64,000 bases of DNA from a virus: positions 570 to 64,569 of the IMG/VR virus record IMGVR_UViG_3300045978_000375; one strand, 5' to 3'. Shown here piece by piece: positions 54,044 through 62,868 of the stretch. A program made the position numbers and the translations under genes. The notes below the pieces were generated by a model. The model did not search any database. It was not told where the DNA came from and saw nothing but the letters and a program-made list of their open reading frames with translations. Numbering within the stretch: position 1 is the first letter of the stretch; each line of letters starts with the position of its first letter.

Positions 54044-54212
54044 GATGCTCGAGGTCGGGGCCGACGCGATTGCTCGCCAGATCTTCGACCTCGCCGTCCG
54101 CGCAATTCTTGACGGCCATGCGTCGCCCGATCAGGACTTCCGTGCGCACTGGCAGCGGCTGATTCACGAGACGGCAAAGCACTACCGCGAGGGGAGGCAC
54201 GGCGTCGGATGA
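54036..54212 (+). CDS. hypothetical small protein
   Basis: GTG 54036 or ATG 54045. Coupled downstream. Confidence 0.35.
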   Translation: MAEMLEVGADAIARQIFDLAVRAILDGHASPDQDFRAHWQRLIHETAKHYREGRHGVG

Positions 54213-54418
54213 TGACGTACCGCTGCTCAGGCTGCCAGAACATGATTCAGAGCGGCTTCCTCTGCCGTAGGTGCATCGGGCGATCGGTGGCAGACTTGCC
54301 CACCTTCCACGCGAGCGCCATCACCGCGGCCATCAAGCGCGATGGCTGCAACGGCCCCTGCACGGTACCCGGCTGTACTGTCTGCACCGGCGAGATCGCG
54401 GCGCGGGAGGCGCGCTGA
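54209..54418 (+). CDS. Cys-rich small protein
   Basis: CSGCQ...CRRC...CNGPCTVPGCTVC. Confidence 0.45.
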   Translation: MMTYRCSGCQNMIQSGFLCRRCIGRSVADLPTFHASAITAAIKRDGCNGPCTVPGCTVCTGEIAAREAR

Positions 54419-54690
54419 TGCTTTCCGACCGCGAGACCATCCGCCGTCTCCGCGCCGCCTCCCGCCGGAAGCCCACCGTCCGTGAGCTCTGCTGCCCGGA
54501 CTGCGGCGGTGAGATCGAGCTCCGAGGCGGCTGGCTGGTTTGCCAGACGTTCGAGTGCTTCTCGACGTTCAAGACGCTCGCCGAGCTCGCCGTGAGGGCA
54601 TCCCCCGAGCCCCCGAGCCCCCGAGCCCCCGAGCCCCCGAGCCCCCGGCCAGTGATCCGGCTCGCCTTTGAAGAACTTCACCTCGACTGA
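54418..54690 (+). CDS. zinc-ribbon-like protein with repeat-encoded Pro-rich tail
   Basis: CCPDCGG...CQTFEC. The C-terminus is encoded by the 8-nt tandem repeat. Confidence 0.45.
   Translation: MLSDRETIRRLRAASRRKPTVRELCCPDCGGEIELRGGWLVCQTFECFSTFKTLAELAVRASPEPPSPRAPEPPSPRPVIRLAFEELHLD
54602..54647 (+). repeat. octanucleotide tandem repeat (cccccgag) x5 plus a partial unit
   Basis: Five exact units at 54602-54641, partial at 54642-54647. Confidence 0.95.
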
Positions 54691-54707
54691 CCGAAGGAGA
54701 CCAACGA

Positions 54708-55619
54708 ATGCTCGCTACCAAAAAAGGGATTGAAATCAACCGCGAGGAGCTCTGGGCGCTCCTCGCCTTCACGGGGGACGGCGAGCAGCACTCGTGCGTC
54801 CATTTCCGCGTCAACGGCTCGGCCAAGCTCGAAGCGGCCGCGACGGACGGCAAGCGCTCGGTCGAGTGCGTGGCGCCGTCCGAAAACGCCGTACCGGGCG
54901 AGTGGGCGATCGATGCTGAGTTCCTGGAGCTTTGCCGGAACGCCTGCGACGCTCCCGAGAAGTCCATCCTGATCCGCCTCTCTTCGGCTGGCGTGCGTGA
55001 CGCCCACGTGGTCTCGAAGGACGGGGAGGTGATTGCCCCGATCGGTTGGCACCGCGCCGCCTCTACCTCCCAGGTGACCATGACCGACGTCATCACGGGC
55101 CTTAGGGTGCCGGCAGACGGGAAGCACACCGGCTCGTGGTGCGCCATAGACCCCGCTGCCGCGCTCCGTGGCCTCTCCCGCGTGAGGGTGGCGGCCGACG
55201 ACTGCCCCATCACCATCTATCCACCGAGCGAGCCTACTGCCCCGCTCCATTTCGAGTGCCGTTCTGACAGAGGGCACTGGAAGGGAGCGATCGTCCCCGA
55301 GCGCGTTCTTGGGCCGGGCAGCGAAGCAGACGAGCCCCCGGCGCCTGACGAAGGCGCCCCCGGACGGAGGAACCGCACGGCTCAGCTCGACCTCGAGGAC
55401 GCCGCGAAAGCGAAGCGCGCGAAGGAACAGGCCGGAAGCGACGACTCGGTCATCAGCGACGAGGAGGCCGAGGCTCTGAAGGCCGAGCAGCGCGATGGTG
55501 CCGGCCTCACCGAGGAGGAGCGCGAGAACTTCGTCGAGCACGGTGACAAGGACAAGCCGCTCGCAACACAGAAGAAACGACGCGGGCGGAAACCGAAGGC
55601 AGCAGCGGCAGACGCCTGA
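54708..55619 (+). CDS. hypothetical protein with beta-clamp-like ATDGKR segment and acidic/basic tail
   Basis: KLEAAATDGKRSVEC resembles the ATDGHRL motif of DnaN. 303 aa. Confidence 0.35.
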   Translation: MLATKKGIEINREELWALLAFTGDGEQHSCVHFRVNGSAKLEAAATDGKRSVECVAPSENAVPGEWAIDAEFLELCRNACDAPEKSILIRLSSAGVRDAHVVSKDGEVIAPIGWHRAASTSQVTMTDVITGLRVPADGKHTGSWCAIDPAAALRGLSRVRVAADDCPITIYPPSEPTAPLHFECRSDRGHWKGAIVPERVLGPGSEADEPPAPDEGAPGRRNRTAQLDLEDAAKAKRAKEQAGSDDSVISDEEAEALKAEQRDGAGLTEEERENFVEHGDKDKPLATQKKRRGRKPKAAAADA

Positions 55620-56170
55620 TGCTCTTCGTTGGTATTGACCATAGCCTGACGGCCTTCGGCCTTGCGGCGGTCTCCCCCGATTGGGGGCTCGACTTCCGCA
55701 AGGTCCGGCGCGTCACGCTCACGACGAGCCCGGAGCATGGGCCAGAGGTTGCCCGCCGCGCGTTGCTCGCCCGGGACGTGGCGACCTGGGTGTCGAACGT
55801 CGCCACGGCGTCTGGCTGCCCGCTCTCGGCCGTGCGGGTCTTCATCGAGGGCGGCGTGTTCATGCGCGGCAAATCCAACACGATCCGCTCGCAAGAGCGC
55901 CTCGCCGCGGCGGTCGAGCACGAGCTCTATACCCAACACCAGATCCAGGTGGCGGTGGCGCAGCAGCGGGCCGTACGGACGCTTTTCATGGGCTCGAGCC
56001 TCAGCGGTGGCCGTGGCGCTGGCGACGCGGCTCAGGGCCTCCTGCGCGCTGTGGCGCCTGATGTCGCCGGGTGGGACGAGGCTGAGCTCGACGCGTTCCT
56101 CGTCGCGAACTGGGCGCTGTCAGAAGCCGCGGAGACGTTCGTATCCGTTGCACCGGAAAGGGCAGCCTGA
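55619..56170 (+). CDS. RuvC-like Holliday junction resolvase
   Basis: MLFVGIDHSLTAFG (D), VFIEGGV (E), C-terminal acidic AELDAF. 183 aa. Confidence 0.5.
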   Translation: MLFVGIDHSLTAFGLAAVSPDWGLDFRKVRRVTLTTSPEHGPEVARRALLARDVATWVSNVATASGCPLSAVRVFIEGGVFMRGKSNTIRSQERLAAAVEHELYTQHQIQVAVAQQRAVRTLFMGSSLSGGRGAGDAAQGLLRAVAPDVAGWDEAELDAFLVANWALSEAAETFVSVAPERAA

Positions 56171-56227
56171 TGGCGGACGGCTCCATCGAGCAGAATCGCA
56201 AGGCCTCTTGCGGCCGGAGGTAGCACC

Positions 56228-57262
56228 TTGATCACCGTCAAGGAAGAATTTCTCAGCGACGACAAGACCCAGCGTGCCATCAAGCTCGGCGGCTACGAGG
56301 TCATCGCCATGTGGCTCGCGATGAAGTGCTATGCGGCCTCCCACGCGACGGATGGATTCATTCCTGCCGAGGACGTGGAAAGCCTTCCTGGCGCTCCCAG
56401 GAAGGCTCGGGCTGCGCTGAAGGCCCTCGTCGAGTGCGGGCGACTGCAAGCGGATGGTAAGCGCGGAGCGGGCCTTGTGGACCCCGTTGAGCACGGCTGG
56501 CAGCTCCACGATTATCTCGACCACGCGGCGAGCAGCGACGAGATCGAGGTCCGGCGGAAGAAGGCGCGCGAGCAGAAGGCAAACCGCCGCGCCGAGCTCC
56601 GTCGCCAAGCAGATGCCGGACAGAGTCCGCAGACAGCGCCGCCGGACAGACACGGACAAAGTCCGCGGACATCAAGCGGACAGTCTACCGGACCTCGCGC
56701 GCCAGCGGGCACCCGCCCGCCCGCGTACGGGCGCACGCGTGATCCCAGCCCAGCCCAGCCCAGCCCAGCCCAGCCCATAGCAGGCAGCGGCATCACGGTT
56801 CGGGCAGGTCGGCAGAAAAAGGCCCGTCCAATCGTGGATTCTGGCCTGCTCGTGGTGTCTTTGCTGGCTAGGGATTGGGTAATTCCTGAGGCGTTTTGGG
56901 AGTACGCAAGCGAGCTTGGCCTCAACGCGAACGAGTACGAGAGCGTCCTCGCCGACTACCGCGAAAAGGTCACTCGCTCTGGTTCTGCGACTTGGCTTGC
57001 GGACAAGCTTTGCCGGTACATCGAAGCCGCGCACCGACCTGAGCCTGAGCCAGCCGCCCACCGCCCACCGGTCATCCTGCAGCGTGAGATCAAACCGATC
57101 GAGATGGGCGAGGTCCCGGCCGAGGTGCTCGCCCGAATCAGCCCCCAGCGCGCGCTACGAGGTGTCCAGAAGAGCCGCGAGCAGCAGATTGAGGAATTGA
57201 GGGCCTACGAGGAAAACGCGTCTAATGGGCGCCTAGAGCCCGAGGAGGCGACGGGTGGCTGA
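56228..57262 (+). CDS. replication initiator / helicase-loader-like protein
   Basis: TTG 7 nt after GGAGG. wHTH-like N-domain. Directly upstream of and overlapping dnaB. Contains the (cccag)6 repeat. Confidence 0.45.
   Translation: MITVKEEFLSDDKTQRAIKLGGYEVIAMWLAMKCYAASHATDGFIPAEDVESLPGAPRKARAALKALVECGRLQADGKRGAGLVDPVEHGWQLHDYLDHAASSDEIEVRRKKAREQKANRRAELRRQADAGQSPQTAPPDRHGQSPRTSSGQSTGPRAPAGTRPPAYGRTRDPSPAQPSPAQPIAGSGITVRAGRQKKARPIVDSGLLVVSLLARDWVIPEAFWEYASELGLNANEYESVLADYREKVTRSGSATWLADKLCRYIEAAHRPEPEPAAHRPPVILQREIKPIEMGEVPAEVLARISPQRALRGVQKSREQQIEELRAYEENASNGRLEPEEATGG
56744..56773 (+). repeat. pentanucleotide tandem repeat (cccag) x6
   Basis: Six exact units. Encodes PSPAQPSPAQP in the linker of CDS 56228-57262. 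Confidence 0.95.
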
Positions 57263-58667
57263 CGGGCAGCGCTCGGGCATCACGCCGCGCTTCGACCTCG
57301 ACGCCGAGGGGCAGCTGCTCGGCGCTGCGATGGTGGATCAGGGCGCCGCGCTCGAGCTCGTCGAGCTGCTCGATGAGACGGACTATTACGCCGACTCGAA
57401 CCGGATGGTGCATCGAGCCGTGCGGGAGCTTTGTGCCCGCGGTGAGACGGCGGACCTTGTGTCGGTGCGGGTGTGGCTCGATTCGATGGGGCTGCTCGCC
57501 CGGGTGGGCGGAGCGCCCTACCTCGTCCAGCTCCTGAACGTCCCGTCGCTCGTACACGTCGAGCAGCACGCGAGGCTCGTGCGCGGGCTCGCGCGCGTGC
57601 GGGCTGCCGAGAACACGTTCAAAACGCTCGCCGCTGAGGCGCGGACGGCGGAGATGCCGGACGTCGACGCGTGGCTCGAAGGGGCCGAGATGCGGGCCTA
57701 CCAGGCCACCGCGAACCTCGTCTCCAAGCGGCAAACTGTCTCGTCCTACGCGGAATTCGGCGCCATCCTCGACGCCGGCTGGGCGGAGGCGCAGGCGCGA
57801 AAAGAACGCACGCTCGGGACGGCCACCGGATACGCCCGGCTCGACGAGCACACGCTCGGCATGCAGCCAGGGCAGCTCTGGTTTCTCGGAGCCCGCCCCG
57901 GGCAGGGGAAGAGCGCCTGGGGCCAGCAGCTCGCCGAGTACGTCGCTGAGCGCGGCGGCGGTCATGACGGCGTCGTCTTTCTCAGCATGGAGATGAAACG
58001 CCCCGAGCTCGTGCTCAGGACCTACGCCCGCCATTCGAACCAGAGCACGCGCGGGATCCAGCGTCGAAAGCTCGATCAGACCGGTTGGACTGCCTACCTC
58101 GACGCCCGCGAGCGCGCCTCCAAGTGGCCGATCGTCGTGGACGACGAGCCGCGTCTCACGCCGCTCCGCATCCGCTCGAAGGTCCTTCGGCACCAAGCTT
58201 CCCTCCGAAAGCGCTACCCGAACGCCCGGCTCTCGCTCGTGCTCGTCGATTACGTGCAGCTCCTCCATGCCGACACGGAGCGAAAAAACACGACGCGCGC
58301 GACCGAGCTCGGCGAGATCACGCGGGCCCTGAAGGTGATGGCCGGGGAGTTTGGATGCACGTTCCTCGTGCTCTCGCAGCTCACGCGGCCGAGCGACAAG
58401 AGCAAGATGCCGCCGGCGCCGACCCTCTTCGACTTCCGGGACTCGGGCTCGATCGAGGCCGATGGCGACGTCGTGCTCGGCCTCCATCGCCCCGATCAGT
58501 ACCGAAAGCCCGGGACGGATCCGACCGGGATCTGCGAGGTGCACGTCCTGAAGACGCGCGGCGCCGGGGAGTGCGCGTTCGAGCTGCAGTGGACAGGGCG
58601 CTCGACGCGGTTCGACAACTTGGACGAGCGGAGCGACCAGCTCTGGAAACCGCAGGAGGACGCATGA
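57255..58667 (+). CDS. dnaB: replicative DNA helicase (DnaB family)
   Basis: GARPGQGKS (Walker A), LVLVDYVQLL (Walker B), FLVLSQLTR, FRDSGSIEADGDVV. Confidence 0.85.
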   Translation: MADGQRSGITPRFDLDAEGQLLGAAMVDQGAALELVELLDETDYYADSNRMVHRAVRELCARGETADLVSVRVWLDSMGLLARVGGAPYLVQLLNVPSLVHVEQHARLVRGLARVRAAENTFKTLAAEARTAEMPDVDAWLEGAEMRAYQATANLVSKRQTVSSYAEFGAILDAGWAEAQARKERTLGTATGYARLDEHTLGMQPGQLWFLGARPGQGKSAWGQQLAEYVAERGGGHDGVVFLSMEMKRPELVLRTYARHSNQSTRGIQRRKLDQTGWTAYLDARERASKWPIVVDDEPRLTPLRIRSKVLRHQASLRKRYPNARLSLVLVDYVQLLHADTERKNTTRATELGEITRALKVMAGEFGCTFLVLSQLTRPSDKSKMPPAPTLFDFRDSGSIEADGDVVLGLHRPDQYRKPGTDPTGICEVHVLKTRGAGECAFELQWTGRSTRFDNLDERSDQLWKPQEDA

Positions 58668-58837
58668 AGGACGGGCGAATCAAGGTGCCGGACAACCTCC
58701 AGCCGCGAATCGATCGGCTCGTGAAGGACTACGCGAAACGGCTCGGTGAGACCGAGGACCGGGCCCGGCGCGCGGTCGAGCTCGGGCTCCTGCAGCGCGG
58801 GATCGAGGCCTTCGAGCAGGAGGCGAGAGGCCAATGA
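58664..58837 (+). CDS. hypothetical small protein
   Basis: ATGA-coupled to dnaB. 57 aa. Confidence 0.35.
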   Translation: MKDGRIKVPDNLQPRIDRLVKDYAKRLGETEDRARRAVELGLLQRGIEAFEQEARGQ

Positions 58838-59136
58838 ACGAGTCCGAAATCTGCGCGTCGTGCGGGCATTGGGAGGCAACTCACCACCCCGATCTTCCCG
58901 CTGCGGGCAGTTGTTGGGGTTCGACGTGCGGGTGCGAGCGCTTCGTACCGCCCACCGAAACCTGCGGGATCCGGCTCTACCTCTGCCGTTGTGGTCACTA
59001 CCGGGGCAGGCACGACGAGCGAGGCCGATGCCTGGAGCACGTGCACGTCCGTGGCTCGTTTTTCGGCGGCGTATTCAGCCGGTGCTCGTGCGCCGGGTTC
59101 GTGCTGCGAGATTGCGCGACGCTCGGGGCGGCATGA
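58834..59136 (+). CDS. Cys/His-rich small protein
   Basis: CASCGHWEATHH...CGCERF...CRCGHYRGRH...CSCAGF. Confidence 0.45.
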   Translation: MNESEICASCGHWEATHHPDLPAAGSCWGSTCGCERFVPPTETCGIRLYLCRCGHYRGRHDERGRCLEHVHVRGSFFGGVFSRCSCAGFVLRDCATLGAA

Positions 59137-59405
59137 GCAAGGACGGCGACATCACCACCCTCGAGGGCATGACGCCCGAGGAGGCACTCATCCGGGGTCT
59201 CGTCTCAGTGCCGCCGGCAGACGTCGACCGCGTGATGGCGATGACGCCCGAAGAGCGCCTCGAGTGGGCTCGAGGGCAGCTCGTCAGCACACCGCTCCCG
59301 AACGGCTCCGAGCTCGTGCAGCCCGTCGGGCCGCTCATGGAGCGCGGGCTCGAACGGCGGCGGGAGAAGAACCGAGCTCGAAGGCGTCGGCAGGGTCGGC
59401 ACTGA
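59133..59405 (+). CDS. hypothetical protein
   Basis: ATGA-coupled. 90 aa. Confidence 0.4.
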   Translation: MSKDGDITTLEGMTPEEALIRGLVSVPPADVDRVMAMTPEERLEWARGQLVSTPLPNGSELVQPVGPLMERGLERRREKNRARRRRQGRH

Positions 59406-60280
59406 TGGCCATGCCAGCGCTCCCGGCCAGTATCCATGAGCCTCCCCCGCTCGACGAGGTGATCCTGCGCCTTGCCCAAACGATGGCGGAGAGCATCGGC
59501 GAGCAGGTGGGGGACGTGCTCGCGCGTACGAAGAGCAAGTCGTGGATGCTCGGCCGCCTCCGCCGAGCCTACCAGGGCACGAAGACCGACGACGAGATCC
59601 GGGCCGCCATGGACCGGCTCGCCCGGCAGCACCACCGGTCTGCCCCTCGCACCGAGGTGACGGTGACCGAGCTCCCAAGAGAGCAACGCTGGCTGGAATA
59701 CTCCCAAAACCCCATCTGGCAGTCCCGCGTGCTCGAGCTCGGCGGGATCCTCGCCTACCCGATGACCGCCCGAGAGATCATCGACCGAGCGGCAGTCGTG
59801 CTCCGGTGGAACGAAAACCCGGTCAAGCAGTCGCTCGCGGCCTGCGAGATCTACGGCGAAGCCTGGTACGATCCGGCATTCAACTTCTGGCAGCGAACCC
59901 CTGAAAGGATCCTGATGGCGAACAGCAAGGGCAAAACGGTGCGGGTGCAGCGGCACCTGCCGGTCAAGGTAACGGACGAGGGCGAGCTCAAGCGGCGCCT
60001 GAGCAGGATCGACACCGAGGCCGAAGCGCTCGAAGCGAGCCTTGCTGAGGAGAGGCGCCGCGTCGCGGCCGAGCTCAAACGGCTCGTCGACAAGCGCGAG
60101 CGCACGCTCGAGAGCTGGAAGACTGGGGTCGAAACCCAGCTCGTCGAGTGCGAGGAACGCTGGTCCTACCAGGATCGCGAGGTCACGACCGTGCGCAAGG
60201 ACACGGGCGAGGTGGTCGAGCGGCGTGAGATGACGGCCGAGGAGCTTCAGCTCCGGATGCCCGAGCAGGCGACTACCTGA
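59405..60280 (+). CDS. hypothetical protein with C-terminal coiled coil
   Basis: ATG overlapping the upstream TGA. 291 aa. Last gene of the rightward operon. Confidence 0.45.
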   Translation: MAMPALPASIHEPPPLDEVILRLAQTMAESIGEQVGDVLARTKSKSWMLGRLRRAYQGTKTDDEIRAAMDRLARQHHRSAPRTEVTVTELPREQRWLEYSQNPIWQSRVLELGGILAYPMTAREIIDRAAVVLRWNENPVKQSLAACEIYGEAWYDPAFNFWQRTPERILMANSKGKTVRVQRHLPVKVTDEGELKRRLSRIDTEAEALEASLAEERRRVAAELKRLVDKRERTLESWKTGVETQLVECEERWSYQDREVTTVRKDTGEVVERREMTAEELQLRMPEQATT

Positions 60281-60286
60281 GAGTCG

Positions 60287-60661
60287 TTATGGAGACACCC
60301 GCGCTTCGAACTCAAACTCCGGTACGCTCACCCCGAGCTTCTCTTCCAGCCAAGTTGCAACCATTCGACGGTGGCACCAGTTCTTCACGTCGTCGAGGGG
60401 CGGCTTCTCCCAGCACATGAGGTGGGGTTCGGCGCCTCCGGCGAGCTTGTGCAGGCGCTCCCAGATGTCGGTGGGGTCGAGCAGCCTGAGCACCTCTTCG
60501 TTGTAGAGCTCGATGTAGCGCTCCCGCGAGACGCTGTTGAACCAGGGCCCGGGGGCGAGCGCCTTGAAGATCTTGTACCCAGGTGGGCACCCGCGGGGCG
60601 TGAACCTCGCGATCGAGATGCGGCCGGGGCCGCCGTAGGTTTTGAACGAGGCTGTTTTCAT
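60287..60661 (-). CDS. DUF488-like protein
   Basis: ATG 60661 after AAGGAGA. 124 aa. The pattern ISIARF.PRG...LAP...L...Y..E...LCWEKP....CHRR is typical of DUF488. Confidence 0.5.
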   Translation of the reverse strand: MKTASFKTYGGPGRISIARFTPRGCPPGYKIFKALAPGPWFNSVSRERYIELYNEEVLRLLDPTDIWERLHKLAGGAEPHLMCWEKPPLDDVKNWCHRRMVATWLEEKLGVSVPEFEFEARVSP

Positions 60662-60749
60662 GAGTTCTCCTTTCACCGGCTGGTTTGAGCCGGCGGTCCC
60701 GCGGGCGACGTGCCGAGTCGCCTGAATCGGGCGAACGCGGGTGTTTGGT

Positions 60750-61652
60750 CTAAGCCGCCGCCGAGCGGCCAACGGAGGCCGCCCTCAGCGACAGGCGCAG
60801 CTTCGACAGCTGCTTCTCGATGAGCTCGAGCTGGTCGGCAACCGTTTCGGCGCGCGACGGTGAGACGCGCGCGACGATCACGGCCTCGTTGTCCTGGAAG
60901 CCGTCGCACAGGACGGCGACCAGGCGCTCGATCTTCTTGTCGAGCGCGGTCAACACGGCCCGCTCCTCGTCGGTCGGACCCATGCTGGCGAACATCGACG
61001 CCTGCTCGACGGGCGCCTGAAGCGCCGCTGGCCTGCCCTGCTGCTCCTGGGACTGAAGCCACATCGTCGTCGCCCGCAGCTGCTGGTAGGTCGGGCACTT
61101 GCCGTCCCGGATGGCCTGCCAGAGTACCCGCTGGTACGCGTGCCCGAGGCGCGCCATCTCGAACGCCTGCGATGGCGCGAGTACCTGCTTGGCGAGCGCG
61201 TCCTGGTACTCGGGCGCGAGCCTGAGGAGCGCGACACGCTCCGTGATGCGGTGCGCCTGCTTGATGCCGAGCCGGCGCGCGAGCTCTTCGACCGAAACCC
61301 CTTGATCGAGCCTGCGCTGGAACGCGAGCGCCTCCTCGAGCGGCGTGATGTCCTTCCGCTGTAGGTTCTCGATGATGGCGCGGTCCGCGAGGTCCTGGTC
61401 GTCCGTCTCCTCGACGATGCAGGCGATGGTCGCCCACCCGAGTCGGAGGTGGGCGCGGTAGCGGCGCTCGCCGCAGACGATCTCGAACTCACCGCCATCG
61501 ACTGGGCGGACCCGTATGGGCGTGAGCAGGCCGTGCTCCTTGATGGTCGCGGCGAGCTCGTCGAGCGCCGTCTCGTCGAAGTGTTTCCGCGGCTGGTTCG
61601 GGTTCGGCCGAACGTTCGCGATGGGGAGGACGCGGTACCCAGTGCGAGCCAT
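60750..61652 (-). CDS. parB: ParB/Spo0J-family protein (orphan, no ParA nearby)
   Basis: VRPNPNQPRK, IVCGERRYRA (ParB box II), HTH VEELARRLGIKQAHRITERV. Confidence 0.8.
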   Translation of the reverse strand: MARTGYRVLPIANVRPNPNQPRKHFDETALDELAATIKEHGLLTPIRVRPVDGGEFEIVCGERRYRAHLRLGWATIACIVEETDDQDLADRAIIENLQRKDITPLEEALAFQRRLDQGVSVEELARRLGIKQAHRITERVALLRLAPEYQDALAKQVLAPSQAFEMARLGHAYQRVLWQAIRDGKCPTYQQLRATTMWLQSQEQQGRPAALQAPVEQASMFASMGPTDEERAVLTALDKKIERLVAVLCDGFQDNEAVIVARVSPSRAETVADQLELIEKQLSKLRLSLRAASVGRSAAA

Positions 61653-62101
61653 CAGAGCACCTCCGTCACGCTGGTCTCGCCGTCTCGCGCTAGGATCACG
61701 TGGTCGAGCAGCGCCACCCCAAGCTCTTCGCTGAGGGCCTTCAGCCGCTTCGTCATCACGACGTCCTCGTGGCTCGCCCTCGGGTCTCCCGACGGGTGGT
61801 TGTGCGCCATCACGAACGCCCGCGCGTTCGCTAGGATGGCTCCCCGGAACACGTCAGCGGCCAGAAGAGCAGCCCCGCAGCGACCGCCTCGGGCGAGCAC
61901 CTCGTAGCCGACCACGTGCCCCCGCCCGTCGAGGTAAGCGGCGTGCACTTCCTCGTGCGGCAGGAGCCGGATGCCCTCGAACAAGCTCACGGTCTGCCGG
62001 AACGTCTGCACCGACGGCTCCCGCACCATCAGCGGGCTCCCCTCCCGTACGAGCCGGCAGGTGTAGCGCGGCACCTCGTGGAGCAAGGCCTGCTGGTTCA
62101 T
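61652..62101 (-). CDS. radC: RadC-like JAB/MPN domain protein
   Basis: Start at MNQQALL (ATG 62101). AHNHPSGDPRAS JAMM-type motif. Stop overlaps the parB start. Confidence 0.75.
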   Translation of the reverse strand: MNQQALLHEVPRYTCRLVREGSPLMVREPSVQTFRQTVSLFEGIRLLPHEEVHAAYLDGRGHVVGYEVLARGGRCGAALLAADVFRGAILANARAFVMAHNHPSGDPRASHEDVVMTKRLKALSEELGVALLDHVILARDGETSVTEVL

Positions 62102-62490
62102 TTCCCCGCCTCCGGGTTCCGGTCCAGCCACTCGCGCGTGATGACGAGGTCGAATGGGATGCCACGGCTCTGCAACCACACCTCGCCCGCAGGGTGGCCC
62201 GCAAACGCGAGCTCCTGGTGGTGACGGATGCGGTTCACGCGCTCCTGCTCCTCGTTCGAGCGGAAGTAGAGGGTGCGCCACTCGAGCCATGACGCCTGGG
62301 ACGCGGCCGAGCGCAGCTTGTCCTCGAGCACCGCCAACCCGCCCTCCCAATTCGGGCCCGCCAGCTCCTGCACCTGCCGGAACTCGGCGAGCAGCCGGTC
62401 GAGCTTCTCCGAAAACTGCCGGCAGCGCTTCGCCACCTTCGGATTTCCGAGCGCTTTCAGCTCGGGCATGCGGTCTGCTACGTTTCTCAT
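62098..62490 (-). CDS. hypothetical helical protein, first gene of the minus-strand cassette
   Basis: 130 aa, ATGA-coupled to radC. Confidence 0.5.
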   Translation of the reverse strand: MRNVADRMPELKALGNPKVAKRCRQFSEKLDRLLAEFRQVQELAGPNWEGGLAVLEDKLRSAASQASWLEWRTLYFRSNEEQERVNRIRHHQELAFAGHPAGEVWLQSRGIPFDLVITREWLDRNPEAGK

Positions 62491-62556
62491 GTCGGTGTCC
62501 CTTTCACCGGCCGGCCCCGGGCAGCGCCAACTGCGCCGGGGCGACCTTCAAAACCT

Positions 62557-62616
62557 CCGAGCGGCTTCGCTCGGGCAACGGGTGATTCCGTTGTGGTGAG
62601 TTGAATCTAACTCACC
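62557..62616. promoter_or_regulatory. cluster of three perfect dyads in the divergent control region
   Basis: CCGAGCG-gctt-CGCTCGG (62557-62574), CAACGG-N6-CCGTTG (62576-62593), GGTGAGTT-gaatct-AACTCACC (62595-62616). Confidence 0.55.
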
Positions 62617-62868
62617 TACCCACCCGTGCAAGGGAAAAGCGAGCAACTCCGCCGATTTATCCTCCGCTCGGCAACCGTCACCCCGCTGGGTTACCAACGC
62701 GACCGGACAACGCGCGAGAACGCGCTCTTGCGGCGAAGGTGTCAAGCCATTTTTCTGTCAGCATGCTTTGGGCCATCAGGGTCACGCGCGAGCCCGGGCT
62801 TTAGGAGGATCTCGCACGCGCGCGCCTGTGCGCGTTCTGCGCTCCAAGCATCGGATCGATGCGCCGCC

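Noticed and set aside
60673-61498. Minus-strand ORFs 60673-61437 and 60950-61498 overlapping parB
   Set aside because: These are alternative frames of the parB gene with Arg/Ala/Pro-rich translations. The parB frame carries the conserved GERRYRA and HTH motifs.
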